IMG/VR virus record: IMGVR_UViG_3300027852_000006
Location: 1 to 62,460 of that record
Reading direction: 5' to 3' (one strand)
From: a virus
Lineage: Duplodnaviria > Caudoviricetes
Length of the DNA stretch: 62,460 bases
Numbering within the stretch: the stretch's first letter is position 1; every line of letters starts with the position of its first letter. Below are positions 48,501 through 56,954 of the stretch, piece by piece. The position numbers and the translations under genes are program-made. The notes beneath the pieces are model-generated. The model was not told where the DNA came from, ran no database searches, and worked only from the letters and a program-made list of their open reading frames with translations.

Positions 48501-51064
48501 GTGTAATAATTGGACCTTTTGGTGAAAAAGAGTATGGTGATATATATAACAAATCAGAAGCTGGTTTTGCTGCAATTCCAGATTGGAATGATGCTAAAGA
48601 GTTTATGTCTTTGCCACACAAAACAGCTAAGGGGATTGCATCGCTTGGCGGTAGATTTACTCAACAAAGCGTTGATCAATTAGCTAAATGGGCGCCTATA
48701 TCAGGCAAGGCTCTCGGTGACAGCTTCTTTACTATCACACATAGAGAGAGTGAATTAGTCGGTCTTTGGATGGACGAAATGCGTAACGCTATGGGGAAAA
48801 TGACAAAGGCAGAACAGGATAACTACCGCAGGGCTGTACGTGGCAATGCTACCGCAACAAATAAAAAAGTAAAAACAGCTATTGATTTGACTTTGAAATT
48901 GTCCGATAAAATGGGTGTTTTGAAAGAAGATGTCGGACTAAGCTCTTATGGCCCTAAAGGCGAAACGCCATTTAAGCTATTGCAGAAGCAGTACCCCTTA
49001 CGGTTGAGCAAACAAGCAAGAGAATCAATCCAGAAAGAAAGCGGTAAGGAGTATGAAGATTTAGCGGAATGGATAGCTCTTGATATGGATAAAAGGGGAA
49101 TCGAGTATGTAGAAAAACAGATAAGGGAAAAGACTAAAAATAGATCAAAGGCAACCTATATTAAACAAGCTAAAAGGTTTTTAAGAGATTCACGCAAATA
49201 TAGCCCATCTGGTCAAGAACTGGAGGAATTATATTTACGCTTATCTCAAGGCAAAAAAACAGGCCCTAGATTTGAGAGTAAAATAGCTAAATGGCAGTAC
49301 CATCGAGCTTTTGAGTATCCTGATATGTTTTTGGATAAGAATCCTTATAAGGTGTGGGAACAACATATTTATTCATCAGGACGACGAATAGCTGAAGCGG
49401 AGGTATGGGGGCCAAAAAGTGACAGGCTTAAAAAAACTATTAAAGCCGGGTATGTGGAAACTGGCAAGATAGCTCGCAAAAAAGGTAAGGACATTGACAG
49501 GGAACAACAATCATTCCTAGATGCAGCTAGCCACCTTGTAGGTTACGAAAGTGATATTGGGGGGTTGAAAACCCAGCCGTCTAAAGTTTCAGTTAAGATG
49601 ATGCGTGGGGGGCGGATAGCTACTGGTGCTATTCACTTGTTTAATCTCACCGCTCCACTCCGTAACACTATATGGGGACAAGCGGCATCTATGACGCACT
49701 TTGGATCGTTAATGCCACACGCTCAGTATTTACGGGTTATATTTCAACCGAAATCGATTAAGGAAGCTCGGAAAGCGGGGGCCTTAGAGCATAGCGGAAC
49801 AAATCATTTCTTTGCTGAAGGTGTTGCTCCAGAAATCGTATCGGTTGCAAGACTACCAATGGGTATAGCAGAAATCATGTTACGGACCACATCTGCTTTT
49901 ACTGGGGCCGGTGTTTGGAGCAGGGCAGTTAAACGAGCAAACAAAAAGTACAAAAAAACCGGAAAGATTCATAAAGATAATTGGTTGATACGAGAACTGA
50001 CAAATAGGGATGTTGGGTTTACCAAAGAGCAATGTATCGACATGATCAAGCGTGGTTCTGTGAGTACCGCTGAGAGATACCGCATGATGCGAGGCGCTGT
50101 GAACGTCACACAGTTCAGTGCTGACGCTAAAGATATTCCGCTTTCATGGTCTACTGAAGGCGGACGATTCTGGACACAATTTTATTCAATGGCGTATAAG
50201 CATACGCAAAATACTATTGGTTACGCACTCGAAGAATTGGGACATGTCAGACTAAAACCATTATTGAGGTTTGCGATTGCGGCTATATTCGCCGGATGGT
50301 CCATAGAAAAAGTCCGCGAAGTGTTTAGTGGTAAGATGCCAGGCAAAAAAGATGTAGACAGGCTTGATAAGTGGTTGAGGCGTATTGGCAATGCTTTGGG
50401 TGTCATAGAGGTTCCAATACGTCTTTTGTCTACCAGTGATCCAGGGCAAGTTTTGCGGACAATTACCCCTGCACCTGTTGGCACTGCTGCTAACTTAGTA
50501 GCGGCAGCACATAAGGCAGCAGCAACTTACGCAGGGCCAGAGGCAACTACCGAAAAAAAACAACAAAAGAAAGAAGCATCGGCTATTAAAGGAGTTGCGA
50601 CAACAACGGGATTGGGAAGGAATATTTATGGTATATTACAAAAAGCCAGGCAAGGACGGCCGTTGCTTGGGATACAAGCGGTGTCAGAAAAAGAAGATAC
50701 TGTAGCTGAGTATTATCGACGTAAGCTGGCTAACCTATACAGAGAAAGTAAACCAGAATCAGAGATTAAAAAACATGATGATTGGGCTAGGAAAAAGGGT
50801 ATAAATATCAAAAAGGAGAAGGAAAAAGCTCAAATAACTGTACGTTCAGAGTTATATGACGAATTATATATGGCTAAAAAGAAAGAAGATTCAGTTAAAT
50901 ATGATGCAATCAATGAACGTCTAAAGACTCAATTGGGAACCAAGTCGTCCAATATTCGCCAAGCCATAGAAAACCGTACAGCTAATGATGAAGATCGTAA
51001 GCCACGGAAAGTTGGTGGTTCTTCAAGAAGAAATAGACGCAGTCGAGCAAGACGTAGCCGCTAG
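45596..51064 (+). CDS. Large (1822 aa) polyvalent ejection protein with J-domain and beta-clamp-like segment
   Basis: LGLGPEAT.EQIRQA.R....LHPD; VATDGRIL...FP..EKVIP; last gene of the late module. Confidence 0.7.
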   Translation: MATVLEQLEQRLLTPKPEPIVTHDPAVIKSLETGLADSPPPQTDPFVVKTLEDKLLSQPHSSVSTGASTGVSPGQSPYKSPVFAKESGLPKVSTGLEGGLSNKPVYDDFGYGVGGSWDEPDPHTTRMTGMKDAYVEEILKMSPNKRRAWMGAHANDEFFGLNEWMSRKNIHPTEWLQYLFDGVDVRGFNAAEKAAIEKVVSESPLKEKVIQGAASVPRLAVEFGATGMGLGALAKTAGLGSKISGSAPLVDRALSSAGKAAAVFGAHEGMQAPRKDETIPGRVASTVGAAGTGVMLGALGAAVPSTAIRAPAVIAGFGGKTYMETGGDVDATIEAMVQIAAFEALGLSKQAARYGKSRYESYRAGDKLAVAEAVKRTSADLFRMRSKALEELGLGPEATSEQIRQAKRQAGMKLHPDIAGKQAEPAFKQKIAAAEFLEGKRGQFVPETAKIRPFPAQGLTKTKKTTPSTSLATKSTTEQARAPEAKTVFSRMPDDILKQQADHGVLGAQKEQVLRQSGPKAVESQKKPGKPPKPSFKQKIEPEQTTVQEPASQVAPTRQPGPQEPMEPVGEKAGTKELAKAEKTQIAKEANLKQKDISPAKEKQQLAEKTGETIKPEVVTPDAKEIVPIKTHRVTIEGTTQIAKKLFVRKQLQNIIKTLPEKTTTEHQNLLNELAKRDVRRAWVETGDEKDKIKKLTALLRSHSVKVEFDNDTTLWIPNSRDVIDRDPKWINKSVGAVIATSAKPRKKITLPVARKKTKISSPQLKAGKDYVKLVHIAAASKVTEKGQSLSGVKATEDEIVATDGRILFTIKREGAFKDVAQVYKDNKGMFLGKDGKPITNENLSFPTHEKVIPEDNLITTETDLQQLFRNIKKASLFAGKAKDPEKEGVHAYLNPDKTLGFTCLEPSTTSKVNVQDGASYVASMNPHNLMRLITAHIKVGSKKLKIHIKEGENNFGVLKLVGEKGDTSVIIGPFGEKEYGDIYNKSEAGFAAIPDWNDAKEFMSLPHKTAKGIASLGGRFTQQSVDQLAKWAPISGKALGDSFFTITHRESELVGLWMDEMRNAMGKMTKAEQDNYRRAVRGNATATNKKVKTAIDLTLKLSDKMGVLKEDVGLSSYGPKGETPFKLLQKQYPLRLSKQARESIQKESGKEYEDLAEWIALDMDKRGIEYVEKQIREKTKNRSKATYIKQAKRFLRDSRKYSPSGQELEELYLRLSQGKKTGPRFESKIAKWQYHRAFEYPDMFLDKNPYKVWEQHIYSSGRRIAEAEVWGPKSDRLKKTIKAGYVETGKIARKKGKDIDREQQSFLDAASHLVGYESDIGGLKTQPSKVSVKMMRGGRIATGAIHLFNLTAPLRNTIWGQAASMTHFGSLMPHAQYLRVIFQPKSIKEARKAGALEHSGTNHFFAEGVAPEIVSVARLPMGIAEIMLRTTSAFTGAGVWSRAVKRANKKYKKTGKIHKDNWLIRELTNRDVGFTKEQCIDMIKRGSVSTAERYRMMRGAVNVTQFSADAKDIPLSWSTEGGRFWTQFYSMAYKHTQNTIGYALEELGHVRLKPLLRFAIAAIFAGWSIEKVREVFSGKMPGKKDVDRLDKWLRRIGNALGVIEVPIRLLSTSDPGQVLRTITPAPVGTAANLVAAAHKAAATYAGPEATTEKKQQKKEASAIKGVATTTGLGRNIYGILQKARQGRPLLGIQAVSEKEDTVAEYYRRKLANLYRESKPESEIKKHDDWARKKGINIKKEKEKAQITVRSELYDELYMAKKKEDSVKYDAINERLKTQLGTKSSNIRQAIENRTANDEDRKPRKVGGSSRRNRRSRARRSR

Positions 51065-51092
51065 CTGTCCTCATATAGTTCATAACATGCAA

Positions 51093-51572
51093 TCAGTTTT
51101 TCAATGATGTCTTGTAGTATTTTTCGATTAGTTCATTGTCTATTGTAAGCCCCTTTGGCAAAACACCTATTAACATGTATGGTTCAATGGTAACCCACCA
51201 TGGTGTCCCTTTTTGATGTGTCAATGCGGACAGTTGTAGTCCAAAATAGTTTTTGTATCCATCCCAAATGGCCTCCAGAAATTTTATTCCATCGCAGTCA
51301 TCTGGTGGCACACAATATTCTATTGGTGCAGTGATTGGGTTGTTGCGATGTTTTTTAAGACTCTGGTATATAGATTCTATTGCAGGACCATATTTCCATG
51401 CTTCGGCGCGCTCTTCAAACAAAGGCTTACTCAACAACGCTAAATGCCAACCATGGGCAATATAAGTCAATTTATTGCCTTGTATGGGTGTTATAGGCAC
51501 CTTTTCTTCAATTCCCTTTCTTATAAAGAAATTTACGATTTGTTGTGGGTCATAATTCATGTTAGCCCTCAC
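51093..51572 (-). CDS. Panacea-domain (DUF4065/SocA-like) antitoxin-like protein
   Basis: NKLTYIAHGWHL...PLF.E..EAWKYGP, LSALTH..GTPW. Confidence 0.85.
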   Translation of the reverse strand: MRANMNYDPQQIVNFFIRKGIEEKVPITPIQGNKLTYIAHGWHLALLSKPLFEERAEAWKYGPAIESIYQSLKKHRNNPITAPIEYCVPPDDCDGIKFLEAIWDGYKNYFGLQLSALTHQKGTPWWVTIEPYMLIGVLPKGLTIDNELIEKYYKTSLKN

Positions 51573-51945
51573 ATTTCATTTGTTTTTCTAACACCCTAAC
51601 TAATCGTTCATTTTCTTCGTTTATCTCATTTTCTGTTGTGTAGCGACTTTCTGCTAACCACGATATTTTACTTAAGAATAAGTGCATTGCCTCGTGCCTT
51701 GCGTGTGACTCTGGTGTACAGTACTCGCCTACATCGCTTTTGTCTATTTCAGTACAAAGGGTGACAACCGCAAGTTTTGCTGGCTCACTTACATGTATTG
51801 ATGCGTAGGCTCCGTTAATTGGTTCATGGCGATAAGTAATGCGGTATCCATTCAAACCCAACTTGTCAATATACCGATCAAACTCACGCTTGAATCTGTT
51901 AAAATGAGTCTTTGTTATACGCATCGAATTTTCCTTTCTAATCAT
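51562..51945 (-). CDS. Small HExxH metallopeptidase-like protein
   Basis: ARHEAMHL plus downstream EENE. Confidence 0.6.
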   Translation of the reverse strand: MIRKENSMRITKTHFNRFKREFDRYIDKLGLNGYRITYRHEPINGAYASIHVSEPAKLAVVTLCTEIDKSDVGEYCTPESHARHEAMHLFLSKISWLAESRYTTENEINEENERLVRVLEKQMKCEG

Positions 51946-52029
51946 GGCATGTAACTTACTGCGAAATAAGGTGTTATGTGAATTGCAAATTTTTGTTGCA
52001 TCGGCAAGCTATAATTCGTATACTTCAAT

Positions 52030-52102
52030 GTACTCGGTGGCCATTGGTTTCCCATGTAAGAGCCGAAGGAGATGGACTCGCCTTTGAGCGGGTCTTTTTT
52101 TT
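52030..52102 (+). ncRNA. Putative ~70-nt small RNA ending in an intrinsic terminator
   Basis: TTGCAT-17-TATACT at 51996-52024; gactcgc/gcgggtc stem followed by T8. Confidence 0.4.
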
Positions 52103-52172
52103 AACAAATCCTATCTTTATATGTCCTCTGGGTATATAAATACTTTATTTCTTTTGTTTCTCCCTGATTATG

Positions 52173-53309
52173 TCAGATATACCTACGACCACGGCAGTGC
52201 TGGTTGTCTTTCTTGCTAAACTTCTTGCCATACTCCTCAATATGTTTAATGAAACTTTTCCCTATAACTTCGCCGAGTTTTACGGGTACTGCATTGCCAA
52301 TCAATCGACCGATAGTTTTGCGTTGAATAGGATATCCTGTTCGCACAAATTTGTAAGCCTTTGGAAAGCCCTGCAGAATTGCTCCTTCCCTGAGTGATAT
52401 CGCTCTATTTTGCTTTGGATGTCCGAAACGACCGTTGCCAAAACCATAAAACTGAGTCGTGATTGTAGGTGCTACTTCATCCCATTGCATACGACCATAT
52501 ACACCAGAATAAGTCTTGCCTGTTTTTTTCTTATGGCATTGTGCAACTAATTTGAAATTCCAATCTCGCCATGTACCTCCAGGTTTGGAAGCCTTGATGC
52601 GTTTCAAATTTATTGGTGACAACATACTTGACTGATGTATCGGATCCTTTTCGTAAACACCACCGGCTACTATCGGTGGTAATTTACCAATAGCGTCACG
52701 AACGGTTTTGAGCTTTGTTTTTTTCTGACGAGAAAGCATTTGTATTGGTCCTAATTTGGATGCTAACAGTACAAGCCTTCGCCTATGTTGAGGAATGCCA
52801 TAATTAGAACATCTGACAATCTGATAATTCACTTCGTAGCCTTCTTGCTTCAGATCCGAAATGAATCCATCAAATATATCATATTTTACCAAGCCTGGGA
52901 CATTTTCCATCGCGACAAGTTCGGGGGATAGTTCTTTTATGAGCCGGAAAAACCCTATCAACAACCACCAGCGGTGATCTTCAAAATTGGCCTTAGCAAT
53001 TTTTTGATTGTAGGACGAAAACGTTTGGCAAGGAGCACATCCAGCCAATAAACGTATTGTTCTTGGAACATATTTAGATTCAATTTCTTCCAATTCCACA
53101 TCATGAACGGATTTCAAAAGAAATTCAGAATTATTGTTTGCTGTATACGGATATTCACACGCAGGATCAATGTCAACTCCAAGCCTTACATCAATTCCTG
53201 CTTTTTCTAAACCCTTAGTTAAGCCACCCACACCACAGAATAAATCTATAGCAGATATTTTTGTTTTAGTCTCAAAGGAGCTCTCTATTTTTCTTTTGCG
53301 ATTTACCAT
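52173..53309 (-). CDS. C5-cytosine DNA methyltransferase (orphan)
   Basis: DLFCGVGG, GCAPCQ, ENVPG, PQHRRR, LREGAILQGFP, IGNAVP. Confidence 0.95.
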   Translation of the reverse strand: MVNRKRKIESSFETKTKISAIDLFCGVGGLTKGLEKAGIDVRLGVDIDPACEYPYTANNNSEFLLKSVHDVELEEIESKYVPRTIRLLAGCAPCQTFSSYNQKIAKANFEDHRWWLLIGFFRLIKELSPELVAMENVPGLVKYDIFDGFISDLKQEGYEVNYQIVRCSNYGIPQHRRRLVLLASKLGPIQMLSRQKKTKLKTVRDAIGKLPPIVAGGVYEKDPIHQSSMLSPINLKRIKASKPGGTWRDWNFKLVAQCHKKKTGKTYSGVYGRMQWDEVAPTITTQFYGFGNGRFGHPKQNRAISLREGAILQGFPKAYKFVRTGYPIQRKTIGRLIGNAVPVKLGEVIGKSFIKHIEEYGKKFSKKDNQHCRGRRYI

Positions 53310-53334
53310 ATTTCCTTCTGGGCATCTAAGTATT

Positions 53335-53520
53335 TTATTTTTTTTGTTTTTCTTTGATTATGTCAGCTATACCTACGACTCTTTCCGGCCAATAGCCATG
53401 TATTTCCTGTTGTTCAAACAACTGGCCGCTGGGTGTCCGCAGCCATTGCCTCCTTACGTTGCATACTTTCGTATCCAATCCCCATTGATCTATATCTTCT
53501 CGGCTATATGGTAAACTCAT
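53335..53520 (-). CDS. Hypothetical protein
   Basis: ATGA-coupled short ORF. Confidence 0.45.
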   Translation of the reverse strand: MSLPYSREDIDQWGLDTKVCNVRRQWLRTPSGQLFEQQEIHGYWPERVVGIADIIKEKQKK

Positions 53521-53777
53521 AATTGCTCTATTTTTTGTCGTTTTTTTTGTTTGCTATGATGCCTTCTGGCAAAATTTATTACTGTTTTTGTTAAGTACGA
53601 TTGAATGTTGCGTATATGACTGCGATCCATGGACATTACGCTAACAAAAGCATCTTGGATAGCATCTTCGGCTGACCCACTGTCTCCCCTTAGTATTTTT
53701 GTTGCAATCATCAACAATTTATCGTGCATATCTCTATATATATCACCTAGATCATTCAATATGTTTGTCCAAACCAA
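53517..53777 (-). CDS. ECF sigma factor region-2-only protein
   Basis: IY......LL.IA..IL..D...AEDAIQDAFV...SYL...VIN..R; no region 4. Confidence 0.7.
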   Translation of the reverse strand: MVWTNILNDLGDIYRDMHDKLLMIATKILRGDSGSAEDAIQDAFVSVMSMDRSHIRNIQSYLTKTVINFARRHHSKQKKRQKIEQL

Positions 53778-54037
53778 GCGTTAATAGCCATATTATAGCC
53801 TTGATCAGTTAGGCTAAAAGCGACTATTTTATTATTTTGTTTGTGTATTTTTATGGTTCCTTTTGTCTTGCCATTGATACGTGATACAACTTGCATAAGG
53901 TTTTCTTGGGTTATATTGTCCATCATGGTTTTTATTTCTTCAATAGGCGTTGGTTTTTTGCTCAATAATGTTAATAGTTGCTGGCCTAAAGTTAAAAATT
54001 GGCCCATTGTTTTGTCGTATTGTCGTGGTGTTTTCAT
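53756..54037 (-). CDS. Small winged-helix-like protein
   Basis: Helical N-terminus, FSLTDQG wing motif. Confidence 0.45.
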   Translation of the reverse strand: MKTPRQYDKTMGQFLTLGQQLLTLLSKKPTPIEEIKTMMDNITQENLMQVVSRINGKTKGTIKIHKQNNKIVAFSLTDQGYNMAINAWFGQTY

Positions 54038-54441
54038 TGATTCTTATTTGCCTCACGAATAGCGACGATAGTTTGTCTAATACTCCAGCCATCCTCAATA
54101 GCCTCAACTTGAATTGCGTTATGCTCGCCCGCACAAGCATCATTGATTCCCTTAATACGATCACGCTCGTCAATTCTAGCCTTCGCGATGATGGCAGCCT
54201 TATCGATTACTTCTGTTTTCTTGTGATTCTTCATTCTTTTCCCTTTCCTTTTGTCTGGCAAGGAATACCAATCCTTGAATGCGTGGATTTTCCAGCCATC
54301 TTTGCTTGCATTTTTGATAATTTCTATGGTCAGATCCGTATCGCGTTCGGTATTAGTGCCAAACATATACTTTGTGATGTCTCTAATATGAGCCGGGTCT
54401 GGATTCAGATAGGCCAATAGCTTTGTGGTTAGTTTTATCAT
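54034..54441 (-). CDS. Protein with C-terminal scaffold-like segment (possible internal start at 54234)
   Basis: ERDRIKGINDACAGEH..IQVEAIEDGWS...T...IRE; internal RBS aaggaaaggga. Confidence 0.55.
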   Translation of the reverse strand: MIKLTTKLLAYLNPDPAHIRDITKYMFGTNTERDTDLTIEIIKNASKDGWKIHAFKDWYSLPDKRKGKRMKNHKKTEVIDKAAIIAKARIDERDRIKGINDACAGEHNAIQVEAIEDGWSIRQTIVAIREANKNQ

Positions 54442-54462
54442 GGTGAGATTCCTTTTTTTGTT

Positions 54463-54930
54463 TTATGAGCCGCTAGTCAGGCTGAATATTGTCCTGACTG
54501 GCGTCTGCTCGGTGTTGGTGGTATTGATGTCCACGATGGAAATTTCCTGCGATGTCGATTGTTTAATGTGATAGAATGGTGCTTTGTGTTTGATGCCATT
54601 TATTTCACGAGTTCCCTTTCTGACAAGTTCGATGTTGATAGATTCCGTATCAATAGAAACTTGCCATCTAGCCGTAGACACGGTTTGTTTAATAACATCC
54701 TTAGTAAATCCCTTGGTAATGCTAAAATCAACTTCAAGCATCAACGAATCGTTTTCGATTATGACGGATGCCACGCCCAGGGCACGTTTCTTACGTTTTT
54801 TATGATTGATTGAAAGTCCCGTATTACAGCGACCTTGCAATCCTTCCAAGTCTACCACGACTGGACGTTCCCTGTTGGGAAAGTTTGTTTTGCCACCATC
54901 GTAAATCTGAATTTTTTCGGTTACACTCAT
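54463..54930 (-). CDS. Prohead-protease-like protein (divergent)
   Basis: YDGG...PVVVDLEGL...NH...G...WQVSI...ING....P.Y.I..S..QEISIVD. Confidence 0.6.
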   Translation of the reverse strand: MSVTEKIQIYDGGKTNFPNRERPVVVDLEGLQGRCNTGLSINHKKRKKRALGVASVIIENDSLMLEVDFSITKGFTKDVIKQTVSTARWQVSIDTESINIELVRKGTREINGIKHKAPFYHIKQSTSQEISIVDINTTNTEQTPVRTIFSLTSGS

Positions 54931-54953
54931 TGTGTTATCTCCTTGCGAGTAGT

Positions 54954-55301
54954 TTATCTTTTGCCCTTCCTAAACCTGCTGATTAGCCAGATTTGATAAC
55001 TTTCTTTTCCATCAGTTTTCCCGTTGGCAATCTCCAGCAGAACATCTGCATGGCATGGCCGATCTAGCGGACACCAACAAGCTAAGTTTTTTCCTTTTAA
55101 TTCTTTTATGATTTCCTCTGTTGATGGCGGTTTCGGATAATCCATAAGGTCTCCCGCCAGATATTTTTTGTATAAATCAACTTGAGCGTATGGATTAGCC
55201 CAACGGCTCGGCCTGCCGACATAAACAACTGGCAGCCCATTAGGTGATTCTAGCCTAGCGCCTTTACGGCGACTGCGTTGTAGTCTGACTGGCTTTATCA
55301 T
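54954..55301 (-). CDS. DUF4326-like protein
   Basis: YVGRPSRWANP, ELKGKNLACWCP...CHADVL. Confidence 0.85.
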   Translation of the reverse strand: MIKPVRLQRSRRKGARLESPNGLPVVYVGRPSRWANPYAQVDLYKKYLAGDLMDYPKPPSTEEIIKELKGKNLACWCPLDRPCHADVLLEIANGKTDGKESYQIWLISRFRKGKR

Positions 55302-55336
55302 TTTTTCTCTCCGCGTCATAGTAGTTTTTGGACATT

Positions 55337-56491
55337 TTAGCCGGTAGCCAAACCTCTGATATACCCATGCGCTTCTTCGTTTCGTATTTCCAGAGTATAT
55401 TCTCCGATCAGTTCCCCACATTCGTAATCTCCGTTGGACGTCAGAGGTTTGAAGTGGAAACTTCGTCCTCTTAACGGCGTCACCGACAATCTTGTGCTAT
55501 CAAGCAATAGTACTGCATCTTGCGGCATCCATCGCGACACGATAACCTTGCAAAGTCCGAAGTCACTTTCATAGAGGATCATCAAATCTCTGTATTTTTG
55601 GTCTTCGGCCCCGAATTTTCGGTTGCTGCTCATAAAGTCATTGATTTGTCGTTTTTGGTATTCATTAACAACGATGAGGTTGGTATTGCCGCTGCTATTT
55701 TCCCATATATGTCTCAGCGCGTAATTGATTTTTGCTTCGTCAAGCGTTGTCCCGCTCGGAAATCCAGCATCTCCTGTCTGAAACTGATTTGTTGTAATGC
55801 TTTGGAAAATACCTCTCAAAGTTCTTCGTACCGTATCCGACCCTTGTGGATTACTGGTTGGTGATCCACCATTTATGATGGTATTTTCCAGGTCTCTCAA
55901 CAGTTCTCTGAGTCGTTCCTGTTTCTGGTAGTCCAGTTCATCTGATACCGCCATTTGTCGTGCCATCATGGCACTTCCTGAGACTTTTATCGCTGCGGTG
56001 AATATCTGTGTATAGTTTCCTTTTCTGGTTCGGTTGGTGAATCTCACTGTTGGTTTGCCACTGCCTTCAAGAGCGGCATTCCCCAGAATGTTGATGACCA
56101 GGTTGTCCTTGAGGTCCTCTGCCGTTGTGCCTCCATACCCCCGCACCACGGTTAGCGTGTCACTGTTGATGTTAGTCACCATCATTAGTTCTTTGCTGCT
56201 CTCAACTTGGATTTGATCACCCACTTGGAATCTGCTGCCGTTATCCACAACGAACTCAGTATCTTTCGCCGGATCAGTGAAAGTACTATCATTGATAGCA
56301 TCTTTGTTGGGCAACAGGTGGTCCTCCAGCCATTCATGGTATGTGTTCGTTGCTGGGCGTAGTGGGTCTTCTAGTATATCCAATAATGGCGTCTCATAGG
56401 GCGATACAATGTTTACTATGTCTGCCACATCTTCTGCTGTTCCCGGTAGACTTGTGTCTGCCGAGTATGTTGATTTTCCTGTAAAAGACAT
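55337..56491 (-). CDS. Second major capsid protein (SU10/DUF5309 type), outside the structural module
   Basis: EDVADI...SPYETPLL, HEWLED, NYTQIF...VSG, RDLE...ING, R..RG, YESDFG, GEYTLEIRNE.AHG. Confidence 0.85.
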   Translation of the reverse strand: MSFTGKSTYSADTSLPGTAEDVADIVNIVSPYETPLLDILEDPLRPATNTYHEWLEDHLLPNKDAINDSTFTDPAKDTEFVVDNGSRFQVGDQIQVESSKELMMVTNINSDTLTVVRGYGGTTAEDLKDNLVINILGNAALEGSGKPTVRFTNRTRKGNYTQIFTAAIKVSGSAMMARQMAVSDELDYQKQERLRELLRDLENTIINGGSPTSNPQGSDTVRRTLRGIFQSITTNQFQTGDAGFPSGTTLDEAKINYALRHIWENSSGNTNLIVVNEYQKRQINDFMSSNRKFGAEDQKYRDLMILYESDFGLCKVIVSRWMPQDAVLLLDSTRLSVTPLRGRSFHFKPLTSNGDYECGELIGEYTLEIRNEEAHGYIRGLATG

Positions 56492-56492
56492 T

Positions 56493-56879
56493 TTAGATTT
56501 CCTTTCTTTTGTTTATGCAACATTTCTTAAACTTCTTTCCGCTGCCGCAAGGGCATGGTTGGTTTCGGCCAACAGCTTCTGTTTTTACAGAGACAAAACC
56601 TCTTTGCTTTGACTCCTCACGAGCCGCATCAATTGCGGCATCTAGTGAGCCATAAAAATCGCGTGTTTCTATCGTTTCTATTTTTTTTATTGCTTTCATT
56701 CTTGATACCTCCGTTTCCCACCACTCGCTTTCGCTGACAAAACCTTTTTGCTTTGATGCCTCACAAATTGCATCAATTGCCGCCGGTGAGTCAGCATATT
56801 TTTTCGCTGCGGCAATGCTTTCGCTCATTCTTTCGGCAAATGCTTTGGTGATTTCATCGCGTGTTTCTATTGTCTTCAT
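56493..56879 (-). CDS. SEC-C motif protein with an internal duplication
   Basis: [19 protein letters not shown]; TIETRD..AAIDA..E.SKQ.GFVS twice. Confidence 0.8.
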   Translation of the reverse strand: MKTIETRDEITKAFAERMSESIAAAKKYADSPAAIDAICEASKQKGFVSESEWWETEVSRMKAIKKIETIETRDFYGSLDAAIDAAREESKQRGFVSVKTEAVGRNQPCPCGSGKKFKKCCINKRKEI

Positions 56880-56954
56880 TTTTAATGCTTCCGTTCCCCC
56901 GCCCGCTTACGATTGCGGACGGGGGCTTGTGATTGGGACTCATTGTCTTAATGT

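Noticed and set aside
52173-53309. Complete restriction-modification system
   Set aside because: No adjacent endonuclease; orphan methyltransferases are common in phages
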